Shown here piece after piece: positions 31,241 through 41,403 of a DNA stretch of 64,000 bases (position 1 is its first letter; each line of letters begins with the position of its first letter). The notes beneath the pieces are model-generated. The model saw only the letters and a list, made by a program, of their open reading frames with translations, searched no databases and had not been told where the DNA came from. This stretch comes from Desulfatiglandales bacterium (GTDB taxonomy: Bacteria > Desulfobacterota > DSM-4660 > Desulfatiglandales > HGW-15), in contig CAXXJJ010000001.1 in assembly GCA_963667015.2 (NCBI GenBank), forward strand, positions 1,376,001 to 1,440,000, given 5' to 3'. A program made the position numbers and the translations under genes.

Positions 31241-32230
31241 ATGAACGATTATAATTCAAAAGACTTTGCAATAGTTTCCGGAAGAAAAAATCCGGACCTT
31301 GTTTCCCATGTAGCTGAACAGCTTGATATTAAGCCTGTATTCATATCAACAGGAAACTGGCCAAACGGTTATCCGAGATGTGTAAGGGATTCTGACATAA
31401 CAGTAAATGACCGCAAAGTCTTTATCATTACGAGCCTGCAGTATAATGAAATAGGTTCACCGGTTGAAGAACTGAAAATGCTCTGCAAGGCATGCGGCAG
31501 CGCGAGAGAGATACATTTGATAATAACCTGGTTCTGCGGCAAGGATGATGCAGAACACAGTGCAGGTCATGTGCCCAATGCCCCTGTGCTATGCCATGAA
31601 ATAAGCAAGATTCCGGGTATCAAGTCCATAGCAATATTTGACCCTCATCAGTCACCACATGCAGGTTTTTTTGCACCCATAAGAACAAGAAGATTTTATT
31701 TTTTACGAAAACTCATAGAGCGCGCAAAAGAAATGGGTATTGACCAGGTCGCATCAACTGATTTTTCTTCAGGTAAAAGGGCTCTTATAGTTGAAAGCTT
31801 TCTACAGACAGGCGCCGAGGTTTTCATGGGTATTAAGGGGCATGACCATAATTCTCAGAACAGCCCCATAAGTCATCACCGTCTCCAGGGTTCACTTGAA
31901 GGTAAAAAGATAGGTCTTTTTGATGATATGGCACTTACATGCAGCAGCATGAACGGATCTGCGAGGATTTTAAAGGAACAGTATGGCGCAGAAGAAGTTC
32001 ACTTCTTTGCCGCACATTTTGACCCTGCCGGATCTGCCTATGACAATCTCAAGAAAGCCCTGAGCAGCGGGTGGATAAACAGTTTTAATACAACTAACTC
32101 AAATCCCATTGAACAGAAATACCTTGCCCTTGAAGGTTTTCACCTTGTACATGTCGCAGGATTTGTTGCAGATGTTATTAAGTCCATTCTGGCAGGTCAT
32201 TCTACTTCTAAATATTTTGATGCCATTTAA
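31241..32230 (+). CDS. Divergent ribose-phosphate pyrophosphokinase (PRS) homologue
   Basis: PRS layout (SG..NPDL, DPH, DDM, A.H, TNS) with most catalytic motifs altered. Confidence 0.75.
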   Translation: MNDYNSKDFAIVSGRKNPDLVSHVAEQLDIKPVFISTGNWPNGYPRCVRDSDITVNDRKVFIITSLQYNEIGSPVEELKMLCKACGSAREIHLIITWFCGKDDAEHSAGHVPNAPVLCHEISKIPGIKSIAIFDPHQSPHAGFFAPIRTRRFYFLRKLIERAKEMGIDQVASTDFSSGKRALIVESFLQTGAEVFMGIKGHDHNSQNSPISHHRLQGSLEGKKIGLFDDMALTCSSMNGSARILKEQYGAEEVHFFAAHFDPAGSAYDNLKKALSSGWINSFNTTNSNPIEQKYLALEGFHLVHVAGFVADVIKSILAGHSTSKYFDAI

Positions 32231-32302
32231 GGGGCTTCGGCCGGGGGTTTTTAAGGTTTTAGGGCTTATGATAATGAGCCATGTTATGTAAGAATAGTTC
32301 AG

Positions 32303-32343
32303 AAAACGTGATCCCGATGACTTCTCGGGAGCGCGTTTTTTTT
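32303..32343 (+). terminator. Intrinsic terminator
   Basis: AAAACGTGATCCCGA...TCGGGAGCGCGTTTTTTTT. Confidence 0.7.
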
Positions 32344-32370
32344 GCCTTCCTATTACATATTACATAACAT
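32342..32370 (+). promoter_or_regulatory. sigma70-like promoter for candidate ncRNA
   Basis: TTGCCT-17 nt-TAACAT. Confidence 0.45.
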
Positions 32371-32376
32371 ACATTA

Positions 32377-32522
32377 TCAGTTGGCCTAAAGCCTGTTGGT
32401 GGGGGACTCAAGCGGCTGAAAGGAGCGTACAAGATAAGTCATGCCGAAGATCCAGAGTTGTGTTCGGGGGCTGCACCCGGAGTCAGCAGAAGCCCGAAGG
32501 GCTGAACCCTCCAGTGTTTTTT
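32377..32522 (+). ncRNA. Candidate structured ncRNA (unassigned)
   Basis: GC-rich non-coding stretch with nested complementary helices, upstream promoter and terminal T-run. Confidence 0.45.
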
Positions 32523-32528
32523 ATGATG

Positions 32529-32753
32529 TTATTTATTTTTGTATGCTTCCAGGAATTCTCCCGGAGAGACGCCGGCCTGTTTAATTGCGCTTCTGAGTGT
32601 TCCTATGGCAAGTTCTTTATGCCTGGGGATGACGCATCCTTTATGTTCCCTGCGCATGACAACATGGCTGCCTTTTTGCCTTGCCTCGCAGAATCCAAGC
32701 CGTTTAAATATTTTTATAGCTTCATCACCTGAGATGTGTGGTAGCTCAGGCAT
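32529..32753 (-). CDS. hicA: HicA-family toxin
   Basis: LGF...RQKGSH...IPRHKELAIGTLRSAIKQAG. Confidence 0.92.
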   Translation of the reverse strand: MPELPHISGDEAIKIFKRLGFCEARQKGSHVVMRREHKGCVIPRHKELAIGTLRSAIKQAGVSPGEFLEAYKNK

Positions 32754-32952
32754 TGGCAGAGACTTCAAATGTTGTAAGAATAGATCGGGAGCTTTGATTT
32801 ATGGGAAACTCCTCAAGGTAAAGTTCTGTAGCTTCCTGAAGATTTTTAACAGCCTCCTCAATAGTTTCTCCCTGGCTTGCGGTTCCTATTTCAGGGCATT
32901 CTGCAATATAAAGGTTGTCTTCTTTATGAATTATGGCTGTGTAGGTACTCAT
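32746..32952 (-). CDS. hicB: HicB-family antitoxin (short)
   Basis: YIAECPEIGTASQGETIEEAVKNLQEA. Confidence 0.92.
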   Translation of the reverse strand: MSTYTAIIHKEDNLYIAECPEIGTASQGETIEEAVKNLQEATELYLEEFPINQSSRSILTTFEVSANA

Positions 32953-33054
32953 AATTTACTCCATTATTTATTAAAAAAATTTCTATCGAAAAAACCAGGT
33001 AATTTTACTGGAAACTTCCTCCTAAATCAAGATTCTCCTTATTTGCGAGAATAT

Positions 33055-33249
33055 TCAAATATTTATGTTATAAAATCCTTGCCTTAATCTATAGCTGCCC
33101 TACAACTCACCTGATAATTTTTTGATGTTATATTGCTGTAACGGATCTTCAGCGAGTCTTGAAAAAGCCAGGTTAAGTCTCTTAGCCGTAACAGTATCAG
33201 CCTTCTGGTAAAACTTGGCAGTCTTACGAGAAAGTTCTATTTTATACAT
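33055..33249 (-). pseudogene. RelE/ParE toxin pseudogene
   Basis: MYKIELSRKTAKFYQK...LAEDP...IKKLSGEL*GSYRLRQG; in-frame TAG at 33102-33100 and C-terminus lost; start overlaps the antitoxin stop. Confidence 0.8.
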
Positions 33250-33469
33250 CTCTCTTAATGTCTTTCCAGCTTATGGTGTTTCCGGTTTTAATATCTTCTT
33301 TTGCTTTCCGGTAATCTTCCATAAAACTATCATCATTAAGAAGCGCCAGGGTTTCATCTTCATCACTGACCTTTAAATCCTCCAAAAAGTTCAAAGCAAT
33401 TTTAAGCTTTTGTGGAGGCAGCGCTTTAATAGCGCCTTCTATTTTATTTTTTATCTCGGTAAGTTCCAA
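33242..33469 (-). CDS. Putative antitoxin (RelB/DUF2281-like)
   Basis: Small acidic protein ending AKEDIKTGNTISWKDIK, upstream of the relE remnant. Confidence 0.7.
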   Translation of the reverse strand: MELTEIKNKIEGAIKALPPQKLKIALNFLEDLKVSDEDETLALLNDDSFMEDYRKAKEDIKTGNTISWKDIKRDV

Positions 33470-33591
33470 AATGTCCTCAATTTAATAGTTTGCCAATAGG
33501 GTAATATACTCTAAAAAGAGACGCAAGTTAAGAATGAAGTATTAGATTTATTTAGTAGATAGCTGTATCAGCCCTTAAATATGAAATGATT

Positions 33592-33628
33592 AAAGGCGGT
33601 TGAGGTTTTTTACCTCTAACCACCTTTT
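33592..33628. terminator. Hairpin downstream of uvrA
   Basis: AAAGGCGGTTGAGGT...ACCTCTAACCACCTTTT. Confidence 0.55.
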
Positions 33629-33672
33629 GTTTTTTCTCTGCGTTCTCTGTGAGCCCTGCGAGAGATAAGTCT

Positions 33673-36519
33673 TTAGCTTTTAAGCATTTCCTTTAAAAAC
33701 ATACCCGTATGGCTGCCCTTTACCTTCGCAACATCCTCGGGAGTTCCCTCTGCAACTATATGACCGCCCTCATCACCGCCTTCAGGTCCAAGGTCGATTA
33801 CCCAGTCAGCGGTCTTTATTACATCAAGGTTATGCTCTATCACTATTATTGTATTGCCCGCATCAGTAAGGGTGTGCAGCACATCAAGCAGTTTCTGGAT
33901 GTCCGCAAAGTGAAGCCCTGTGGTGGGTTCATCCAGGATATATACCGTATCACCCGTTGCAACCCTGGCAAGCTCCTTGGCAAGTTTAACGCGCTGTGCC
34001 TCTCCTCCTGAAAGTGTCAGGGCGCTCTGTCCCAGCTTTACATATCCCAGGCCAACATCCGAAAGGGTCTGGATTATTTTTTTAATCTTCGGGATGTTTT
34101 CAAAAAATATTAATGCCTCGTCAACATCCATGTCAAGTACATCCGAGATATTTTTTCCCTTGTAGTGGACCTGCAGGGTTTCCTTGTTAAAGCGTGTGCC
34201 TTTGCATATGTTGCAGGTTACCCACACATCGGCAAGAAAATGCATCTCAACCCTTTTTTTTCCGTGCCCCTGGCAGGACTCGCACCTTCCGCCCTTTACA
34301 TTAAAACTGAAACGGCCTGGTTTATATCCCCTTGCCTTTGAATCGGGCAGCTGCGCAAAAAGATCCCTGATATGGTTCATGAGCTGGACATAGGTCGCGG
34401 GATTTGAACGGGGGGTACGTCCGATTGGTGACTGTGTTATATTTATTATTTTGTTTATGTTGTTTAAGCCGTTTATGCGTTTATGTTTTCCGGGCCTGTT
34501 ATCCGAATTATGCAGTACCTTTGCAATGGCCGGGTATAATGTCTGTGCCACAAGTGATGACTTTCCGCTTCCTGATACACCCGTAACGCATGTAAATAGT
34601 CCTATGGGAAAACTTGCCTTCAGCTTTTTAAGGTTGTTCTGTTCAGCGTCAACAACAGTTATCCATTTGCCGTTTGAGGGCCGCCTTATGCCGTTTGGCG
34701 AAGTCACTTTGAGCTCATGGCTCAGGTATTTTCCTGTAAGTGATTTCTTCTTTTTTATGATTTTCTTTAAAGGTCCCTCTGCGACTACCCATCCGCCGTT
34801 TACCCCTGCTCCGGGTCCAAGATCTACGATCCAGTCGGCAGTTGCCATTGTCTCTTCATCATGCTCAACCACTACCACCGTATTGCCAAGATCCCTCAGT
34901 CGCACCAGTGTATCGAGCAGCCTGCGGTTGTCGCGCTGGTGAAGACCTATGGATGGTTCGTCGAGCACGTAAAGTACGCCCGAAAGCCCGCAGCCGATCT
35001 GGCTGGCTAGGCGGATACGCTGACCCTCTCCCCCTGAAAGGGTAGATGCCGGGCGGTCAAGGGTAAGATAGTGAAGGCCTACATTGAGAAGAAACTGTAG
35101 CCGCTCGCCAATCTCCTTTAAAACCTCTTCCGAGATCTCTCTCTCTTCATCTGACATCCGGGGTATCAGGTCTCTTACCCAGGCCGATGATTCGCCTATG
35201 GACATCTCGGTAATTTCAATAATATTTTTGTCTCCAACTGTAACTGCGCAGCTTTCGGGGCGGAGTCTTTTTCCGTTGCAGGTAGAGCATGGCTGGGTGC
35301 TCATAAATGAACCATACCACTTGCGGGTAAATTCCGATCTTGTCTGGTGATACCTCCGGCGGATCGAGTTTACCTCGCCTTCATGCAGTCCTTTATATTC
35401 TCCGCTGCTCCGGGTATTATCCCATTTCCATACTATCTTTGCTCCGCCATAGAGAATGGCGTCCTGGCATTTTTTTGAAAGATCTTTCCATTTGGTATTA
35501 AGATCGTGTCCGTACTGCTCCACAATCTGTTTTGCTATCTTATACCTTCCGCCGTTTGTCTTTTTGGCAATTTCTCCCCATGTCCTGACCGCTCCCTGGT
35601 TGATTGTCTTATCCTGATCATAGAAAAGCTCGGGATCAACCTCCAGCCGGGTACCAAGGCCGTTACATTCGGGACACATACCGATCGGTGAATTGAAACT
35701 GAACATTGCAGGTGTAAGCCTTGGAAAACTCATTCCGCAGTCCACGCATGAATTAAGCTCGGATAAAAGCCACTCACTGTCATCACCTTTATCCACAACA
35801 ATAAGGCCGTCACCCGCCTTAAGCGCGGTTTCAACTGAATCAGTAAGTCTTGTAGTAAACGATCCGTTTGCTTCGTTTTCATCCGGGACAATCAACCTGT
35901 CCACTATCAGCTCAATATTATGTTTTTTCTTTTTATCCAGGGTGATCTCTTCATCAAGGGATCTTACTTCTCCATTCACGCGTACGCGGGTAAAGCCTTC
36001 CGAACGGGCATTTAAAAATGTGTCCTTGAAGGTGCCCTTGCGGTTGCGGGCAAGGGGCGCCAGTATCTGCAGACGGGTTTTGGGTGGAAGCACTGCGACC
36101 TGTTCCACTATCTCCTGGGCAGACTGGGCCTTTACCTTTTTGCCGCATTTCGGGCAGTGAGGTATTCCTATGCCGGAATATAACACGCGCAGATAGTCAT
36201 ATATCTCGGTTACAGTAGCTACCGTTGATCTCGGATTTTTGCTTACAGCCTTCTGCTCAATTGCAATGGCCGGGCTCAGGCCGCCTATATAGTCCACCCT
36301 GGGTTTTTCTGTCTGGTCTATAAACTGCCGGGCATAGGAAGATAAGGATTCCACATATCGTCTCTGCCCCTCGGCGTACAGGGTGTCAAATGCCAGGCTG
36401 GATTTTCCGCTGCCGGAAACCCCTGTTATAACGACAAGTTTAAACCTTGGGAGTTTTACATCAATATTTTTCAGGTTGTGCTCTCTCGCACCCTTGATAA
36501 GTATATCTTCTAAAAACAT
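33673..36519 (-). CDS. uvrA: Excinuclease ABC subunit A
   Basis: GAREHNLK, two [11 protein letters not shown]-loops, Zn fingers, LSGGE, GPEGG. Confidence 0.97.
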   Translation of the reverse strand: MFLEDILIKGAREHNLKNIDVKLPRFKLVVITGVSGSGKSSLAFDTLYAEGQRRYVESLSSYARQFIDQTEKPRVDYIGGLSPAIAIEQKAVSKNPRSTVATVTEIYDYLRVLYSGIGIPHCPKCGKKVKAQSAQEIVEQVAVLPPKTRLQILAPLARNRKGTFKDTFLNARSEGFTRVRVNGEVRSLDEEITLDKKKKHNIELIVDRLIVPDENEANGSFTTRLTDSVETALKAGDGLIVVDKGDDSEWLLSELNSCVDCGMSFPRLTPAMFSFNSPIGMCPECNGLGTRLEVDPELFYDQDKTINQGAVRTWGEIAKKTNGGRYKIAKQIVEQYGHDLNTKWKDLSKKCQDAILYGGAKIVWKWDNTRSSGEYKGLHEGEVNSIRRRYHQTRSEFTRKWYGSFMSTQPCSTCNGKRLRPESCAVTVGDKNIIEITEMSIGESSAWVRDLIPRMSDEEREISEEVLKEIGERLQFLLNVGLHYLTLDRPASTLSGGEGQRIRLASQIGCGLSGVLYVLDEPSIGLHQRDNRRLLDTLVRLRDLGNTVVVVEHDEETMATADWIVDLGPGAGVNGGWVVAEGPLKKIIKKKKSLTGKYLSHELKVTSPNGIRRPSNGKWITVVDAEQNNLKKLKASFPIGLFTCVTGVSGSGKSSLVAQTLYPAIAKVLHNSDNRPGKHKRINGLNNINKIINITQSPIGRTPRSNPATYVQLMNHIRDLFAQLPDSKARGYKPGRFSFNVKGGRCESCQGHGKKRVEMHFLADVWVTCNICKGTRFNKETLQVHYKGKNISDVLDMDVDEALIFFENIPKIKKIIQTLSDVGLGYVKLGQSALTLSGGEAQRVKLAKELARVATGDTVYILDEPTTGLHFADIQKLLDVLHTLTDAGNTIIVIEHNLDVIKTADWVIDLGPEGGDEGGHIVAEGTPEDVAKVKGSHTGMFLKEMLKS

Positions 36520-36829
36520 TTTAAATACCGTCTGTGATTGAGATTTAGAAAAAACGAAACATTATACTGTTATAAAAATATGGTAAAGCTAATAATTGTA
36601 AAAGCAGCTTTCAACTGTAAGTCCGAAAAAAGATTATCATGCAGGGTATGACATAAAATGTCAGAGGTATTGAAAATTTGAAATAATCTGGAAAATCAGT
36701 GCTATTGAGTTGGAATTATGGGGAATGAACATAGAATTATTGAAAATAAACCCGATATAAAGCAGTCTCGAAAAAGCTGAACGCTGATAGCTGACAGCTT
36801 GAAATCAAATAACAATTTTTAATCTCAAT

Positions 36830-37234
36830 TTACCTGTCGTATTTCCCTGCCTGTCCCACTATAAAATGGAAAATTGGCCGTTCCACCTTATGAAAAATTA
36901 TGGGACAGTGTTTTGTTCCTTTGGGTATAAAAATAAGGCAGCTGTTTGTGAGTTCATATTTTTCATCCTCAATCCAGAACTCCACTTCTCCGCACAGATC
37001 TCTGGTATCATCCGGATTAGTTCCGAAAAGGGTGACAATTTCATCAAAATCATGGGAATGGGATTCGCCTTCCATTATAATCTTTTCAGGTTTGGGCCAT
37101 ATCCAGGCTACATCTGAAAAAAAAGGTGTATTTGCAGCTATATCCTCATTGAACTGAAATAAAAGAGTGCCAATTTCATCTTTTCCTCTATTAAATTCCT
37201 TATTAATCAGGTGTTCATACTTTTTTTCAGTCAT
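36830..37234 (-). CDS. Cupin-fold protein (paralogue of 30801-31205)
   Basis: SHSHDFDE...IPKGTKHCP. Confidence 0.75.
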   Translation of the reverse strand: MTEKKYEHLINKEFNRGKDEIGTLLFQFNEDIAANTPFFSDVAWIWPKPEKIIMEGESHSHDFDEIVTLFGTNPDDTRDLCGEVEFWIEDEKYELTNSCLIFIPKGTKHCPIIFHKVERPIFHFIVGQAGKYDR

Positions 37235-37413
37235 TTTCGGCCTCCCATTTATAAGTGTAATTGTGTTATGATAACATAACTTAAAATAAACAGCCTTGCT
37301 ATAAAAAAATGGTTTGAGGTATATGGTGTAAGGTATCAGAAGTTTTATTCTTCATACCACATGCAGCAGCTGCAATTTATGGAATTCTAAATACTGATTC
37401 AAAGGGAGTAGAA

Positions 37414-38091
37414 ATGGAACTCAAGCAAATCTTCGAATACACCGAACAGATTGGATTTTTAACATTTTCTACAATTGAAGACGGCTGTGTTCATTCCAGG
37501 ATAGCCCATTTTTATGCCTGTGATGATGACGGTCTTTATCTCAGGACGATGTTCATAAAACCCTTTTATAAGCAGATGATTAAATCCGGCAATCTTGCTG
37601 TGTGCGGCATGTATCCCTCGTCAAAGATTTCGGGCGCCGATGAAAATGGCGTTCCGAATTTTGAACCGGGATATACACTGAGGATAACCGGAAATGTAAG
37701 AGAGTTATCTGAAGATGAAGTCAGGAAAAAAGCGGAAACAAACGAGCAGTTCAAAGTAGCGCTTTTTGATATGAAAAAATACCCTGCCACCCGGAACCTT
37801 ATCATGTATAAAGGCAGAGGTGAGATCTATGACTTTGATTATGAAATGGTGAACCGGGACCATAAGCTGCTGAGAAAACGCTTTGCCTTTGGCGGGGCAG
37901 TGTATTATCTTCCGGGGAACGTTATCCTTGCCGATAAGTGCACGGAATGCGGTGCCTGTTATGAGGTATGTACCTTCAAGGCGATAAAACCGGGGAGTCC
38001 TTACAGTATGATCGGAGAAAGATGTGATGAATGCGGATCATGTATTCTTGCCTGTCCTGAAGATGCAATTGTCCAACCCAAAACGATATGA
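37414..38091 (+). CDS. PNPOx-like FMN-binding domain + 2x[4Fe-4S] ferredoxin domain protein
   Basis: TFST...HSRI N-terminal domain; CTECGAC..C and CDECGSC..CP. Confidence 0.8.
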   Translation: MELKQIFEYTEQIGFLTFSTIEDGCVHSRIAHFYACDDDGLYLRTMFIKPFYKQMIKSGNLAVCGMYPSSKISGADENGVPNFEPGYTLRITGNVRELSEDEVRKKAETNEQFKVALFDMKKYPATRNLIMYKGRGEIYDFDYEMVNRDHKLLRKRFAFGGAVYYLPGNVILADKCTECGACYEVCTFKAIKPGSPYSMIGERCDECGSCILACPEDAIVQPKTI

Positions 38092-38435
38092 CAAGTTTAA
38101 TGGCTGATAAATATCCTGTAATCTTATAGCCTCATGGAGGGGGACCAAATGAAAATTCTTGGAATATCCGGAAGTTCAAGGGATGAATCCGTTTCCGGGA
38201 CATACAGGCTTGTAAAAACTGTCCTGGACAATACCGGTATTGACTATGATCTTATTTCCCTTAAGGGGAAAAAGATCTCAGGATGCATATCATGCCTCAA
38301 TTGTGCAAAGGAAAATGTCTGCAGCATAAAGGATGATATGTATGACCTGAGGGATAAAATAATCGATGCCGATGCCTATGTGATCGGGGCGCCTAATTTT
38401 TACAGCACCCTTAATGCCATTACACACGCCTTTAT

Positions 38436-39099
38436 TTTAACATAGAAAACCATGTCCTTTGGGCATGGTCAGAGTTCAAAGGCTTTGCCATTTGAACGAC
38501 TCATTGCTACTCCTAAACACTGAGTTGTCCCACCAACAACAGTGAAAGGAGAAGACAATGAGTCGATTTAGAAAGTTATCACATGCATTATGGCATTGCC
38601 AGTATCATATGGTCTGGGTCCCCAAATATCGTCACAAAATTCTTGGAGGAGAAATAGGTCAAGAAGTTGCAGACTGTATAAGGACATTTTCAGCTTAATA
38701 AGATGTTGAAATATTAGAGATGAATATACAACCTGATCATATTCACCTAGTGACCATGATACCACCAAAGCTATCAATATCAGATTACTGTGGTATCGTA
38801 AAAGGTAGAACAGCGATACGTGTTTTCAACAAATACAAAGGCTTAAAGCAAAAACCGTATTGGGGAAACCATTTCTGGTCAAAAGGCTACTGCGTTGATA
38901 CAGTAGGTTTGGATTCAGAAATGATAAGGAAATATGTAAAGTATCAAGACTCCCAAGAGCGTAAAGAAGAACAACAGATCAAATTATTCTAAATATTATA
39001 AGGGGCAACTCGATATCCTTGCCCCATTGGGAGCAAGGTAGACTTATCCCCTTTTAGGGGTAAACACAATACCACCTCCTCTGGGGGTGGATTCTTTAT
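38436..39099 (+). mobile_element. IS200-group element (IS200/IS605 family), tnpA only
   Basis: Follows TTTAT (38431-38435) and ends in TTTAT. Subterminal hairpins ACCATGTCC-TTT-GGGCATGGT and CCACCTCC-TCT-GGGGGTGG. Removal restores the host ORF. Confidence 0.92.
38558..38992 (+). pseudogene. tnpA: IS200 Y1 transposase with two tandem in-frame stops
   Basis: MSRFRKLSH...YHMVWVPKYR...TAA TAA (38696-38701)...DHIH...FWSKGY...IRKYVKYQ. Confidence 0.9.
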
Positions 39100-39625
39100 T
39101 GAACGGTGGTATCAGTTCAGGCACCAGGCCGGTGAATCACTGTGGGGCAAACTCGCAGTAGCGGTTGGAGTTGGAGGAAGTAACGGAGACGGCCCGGTAA
39201 ATGATCTTGAAAGATTTTTTATGTACAGTTTTATCGAGACTGTTGCCAAGGTATCAGGACAGGGCGCTGCAGCCTGCTTTACATGCGGTTACGGTGAAAC
39301 CTGCGCGGTGGGTATCCCCAGAATGACCATGGGAGAGAATGTGAAGATAACACCCGATATTATTCCGGATGTAGACAAACAGCCGGAACTGTTAAAGGCT
39401 GCGGAAGATGCCGGAAGGCTGCTGGGTAAAAGATTGAAGGGCGGGCATGACAGGAAGCAGGTAACGGCAAATGTACAGAAAAAAATGATGGAATTGTTTG
39501 CGAAATCGACGTAAACTGGGCCAAAAAAATTAAAAAAGCATTGCAGGGGAAGCCACAGGGAGCTGCCGCTACAAGCAAATGAAATTGCTGTATCAGAACG
39601 AATACGGAACAGAAAAGGATAACTA

Positions 39626-40450
39626 ATGGATTTTATTGAAATTGACAGAGATAAATGCAACCAGGACGGAATATGTTTGACCGCGTGCCCATCAAGGCTT
39701 CTCGAAAATGACAAAGACGGTTTTCCTGTAACTGTCGAAGATGCGGCATCCATGTGTATACGCTGCGGGCACTGTGTGGCAGTATGCCCAAAAGGAGCAC
39801 TTAAGCACAGCATACTTGATTTCCACAGGTTTGAAACCTTTGATGAAGAATTCAGGATGACCGGGGAACAGTGTGAAAACTTTTTTAAAAGCAGGCGCTC
39901 CATCAGGTCATACAAGGAAAAAGCCGTTTCCGAGGATAAACTCACAAGGCTGATCGACATTGCCAGGTATGCACCGACAGCACGGAATGCCCAGGGGGTC
40001 AGATGGCTTGTTGTTACAGATAAGACTGAATTAAAGAAATACTCCTCCCTTGTAATTGAATTTAACGAGACCGTATTAAGTGGCGGTGTTCCCGGGGTTA
40101 ACCCTAACCCTCATATGCAGAAGCTGATAGACGACTACAGGGCAGGGTATGACATGATATTAAGGGATGCCCCTGCACTTGTCATTACACACGGTAACAT
40201 TAAAAACCGCCTTGCCCATAATGACTGCATAATAGCTGCTTCATACCTTGAGATAGCGGCAACCGGACTTGGGCTTGGCGGATGCTGGGCAGGTTTTTTT
40301 ATGACTGCAGCAGCAAATTATAAACCCCTTATGGATTCCCTTGCCCTTCCCGAAGGGCATCAGTGTTTCGGGGCAATTATGGTAGGGTATCCCCGATTCA
40401 GGTATCACAGGATACCCATAAGGAGGCAACCTAAAATAACCTGGAGGTAA
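39626..40450 (+). CDS. Nitroreductase with N-terminal 4Fe-4S dicluster
   Basis: CIRCGHCVAVCP, RRSIRSY, APTARNAQ, GLGGCW. Confidence 0.92.
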   Translation: MDFIEIDRDKCNQDGICLTACPSRLLENDKDGFPVTVEDAASMCIRCGHCVAVCPKGALKHSILDFHRFETFDEEFRMTGEQCENFFKSRRSIRSYKEKAVSEDKLTRLIDIARYAPTARNAQGVRWLVVTDKTELKKYSSLVIEFNETVLSGGVPGVNPNPHMQKLIDDYRAGYDMILRDAPALVITHGNIKNRLAHNDCIIAASYLEIAATGLGLGGCWAGFFMTAAANYKPLMDSLALPEGHQCFGAIMVGYPRFRYHRIPIRRQPKITWR

Positions 40451-40455
40451 CGGAT

Positions 40456-40650
40456 ATGAAAATGGAACAGATTATAAGGGCAGTAGCAGGTTGTTTTATT
40501 CTGATTTCTCTGGCGCTTGGATATCTCCACAGCCCCTACTGGCATCTTTTTACCGCCTTTGTGGGGCTCAATCTCCTCCAGTCGGCCTTTACCAGGTGGT
40601 GCCTCATGGAAGACATACTGGCAAAGTTTGGTGTTAAAAAGGAATGCTGA
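40456..40650 (+). CDS. DUF2892 (YgaP-like) membrane protein
   Basis: IRAVAG...FVGLNLLQSAFTRWC. Confidence 0.85.
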   Translation: MKMEQIIRAVAGCFILISLALGYLHSPYWHLFTAFVGLNLLQSAFTRWCLMEDILAKFGVKKEC

Positions 40651-40936
40651 AACAGGTTTAGGATATACGGTATGAGGTTTAGGGCTTTTCCTTATGCCTC
40701 ACACCGTAAACCATTATCTTCAAGCTGATCCGATCAGCTTTATTCCCCCGGTGGTTTCTGACCTATACCGGAAACAAAGGATATATTTTTATCTTCCCTC
40801 TTTTTGAACCGAGATTTCTTCTTCATTATAAATAAATCGAGTACATTATATTGTTCTCTACTGAGCTTGGCTGATCAATTGAAAAATAAATCTTGACCTG
40901 TCACCTCCCACAACCACAATATCGCCTGCTGCTTAT

Positions 40937-41344
40937 TTATTTTGATTTCTTAATCCGTGTTGCCACGGCTTCTTCGGTTCCATAGGTGCCAGCCTGACGG
41001 GTTAATTTTAGCTCATCTCCTGCCAGTTTACCCGTGGATGACATTTGCACATCATTATTATATACCCATACGAAAGTAATCTTATCTCCTTCTATTTTAC
41101 CTTCTGTTATTTCACTTTCACTTTTATTTCCGCTCATTTCAGCGACAACACTTCCGGTGAGTACTTTACCGGTAACTTTAAATGTATAGTGACAGTTCAT
41201 TTCACCGATCGGCGTATTATAGGTTGCCTGCCATTCACCTGCGATACTTTTATCCGGCGTATTTTGTGCACCTGCGGTAGTAATTCCACACAATACCAGT
41301 ACTAGAGTGAAGCTTATTGTCCATACAATCATCAGTTTTTTCAT
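40937..41344 (-). CDS. Secreted beta-rich hypothetical protein
   Basis: Signal peptide; IAGEW...LTGSV...GKIEGDKITF. Confidence 0.75.
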   Translation of the reverse strand: MKKLMIVWTISFTLVLVLCGITTAGAQNTPDKSIAGEWQATYNTPIGEMNCHYTFKVTGKVLTGSVVAEMSGNKSESEITEGKIEGDKITFVWVYNNDVQMSSTGKLAGDELKLTRQAGTYGTEEAVATRIKKSK

Positions 41345-41403
41345 TTTTAATCTCCTTTATAATTAAATGATTATCAATATTTCCGGTAAATGATTGATTA
41401 ACT

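Larger units (their letters stand above)
38149..39514 (+). pseudogene. Flavodoxin-fold iron-sulfur flavoprotein interrupted by IS200
   Basis: 5' part ISGSSR...CISCLNC...C...APNFY...THAFI; resumes in frame at 39101 with ERWYQFRHQ...CFTCGYGETC. Confidence 0.9.

Noticed and set aside
32377..32522. tRNA, SRP RNA or tmRNA
   Set aside because: No T-loop GTTCRA cloverleaf, no SRP GGAA domain-IV motif, too short for tmRNA.
36563..36586. LexA box upstream of uvrA (TACTGTTATAAAAATATGGTA)
   Set aside because: Does not match CTGT-N8-ACAG, and the lineage's LexA motif is unknown.
36775..36800. Short GCTGA(T/C)A-type heptamer repeats
   Set aside because: Only about three degenerate units; no evidence of function.
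38429..39100. CTTTATT on both IS flanks read as a target-site duplication
   Set aside because: IS200/605 elements do not make TSDs; it is better explained by matching left-target and right-end TTTAT cleavage motifs.
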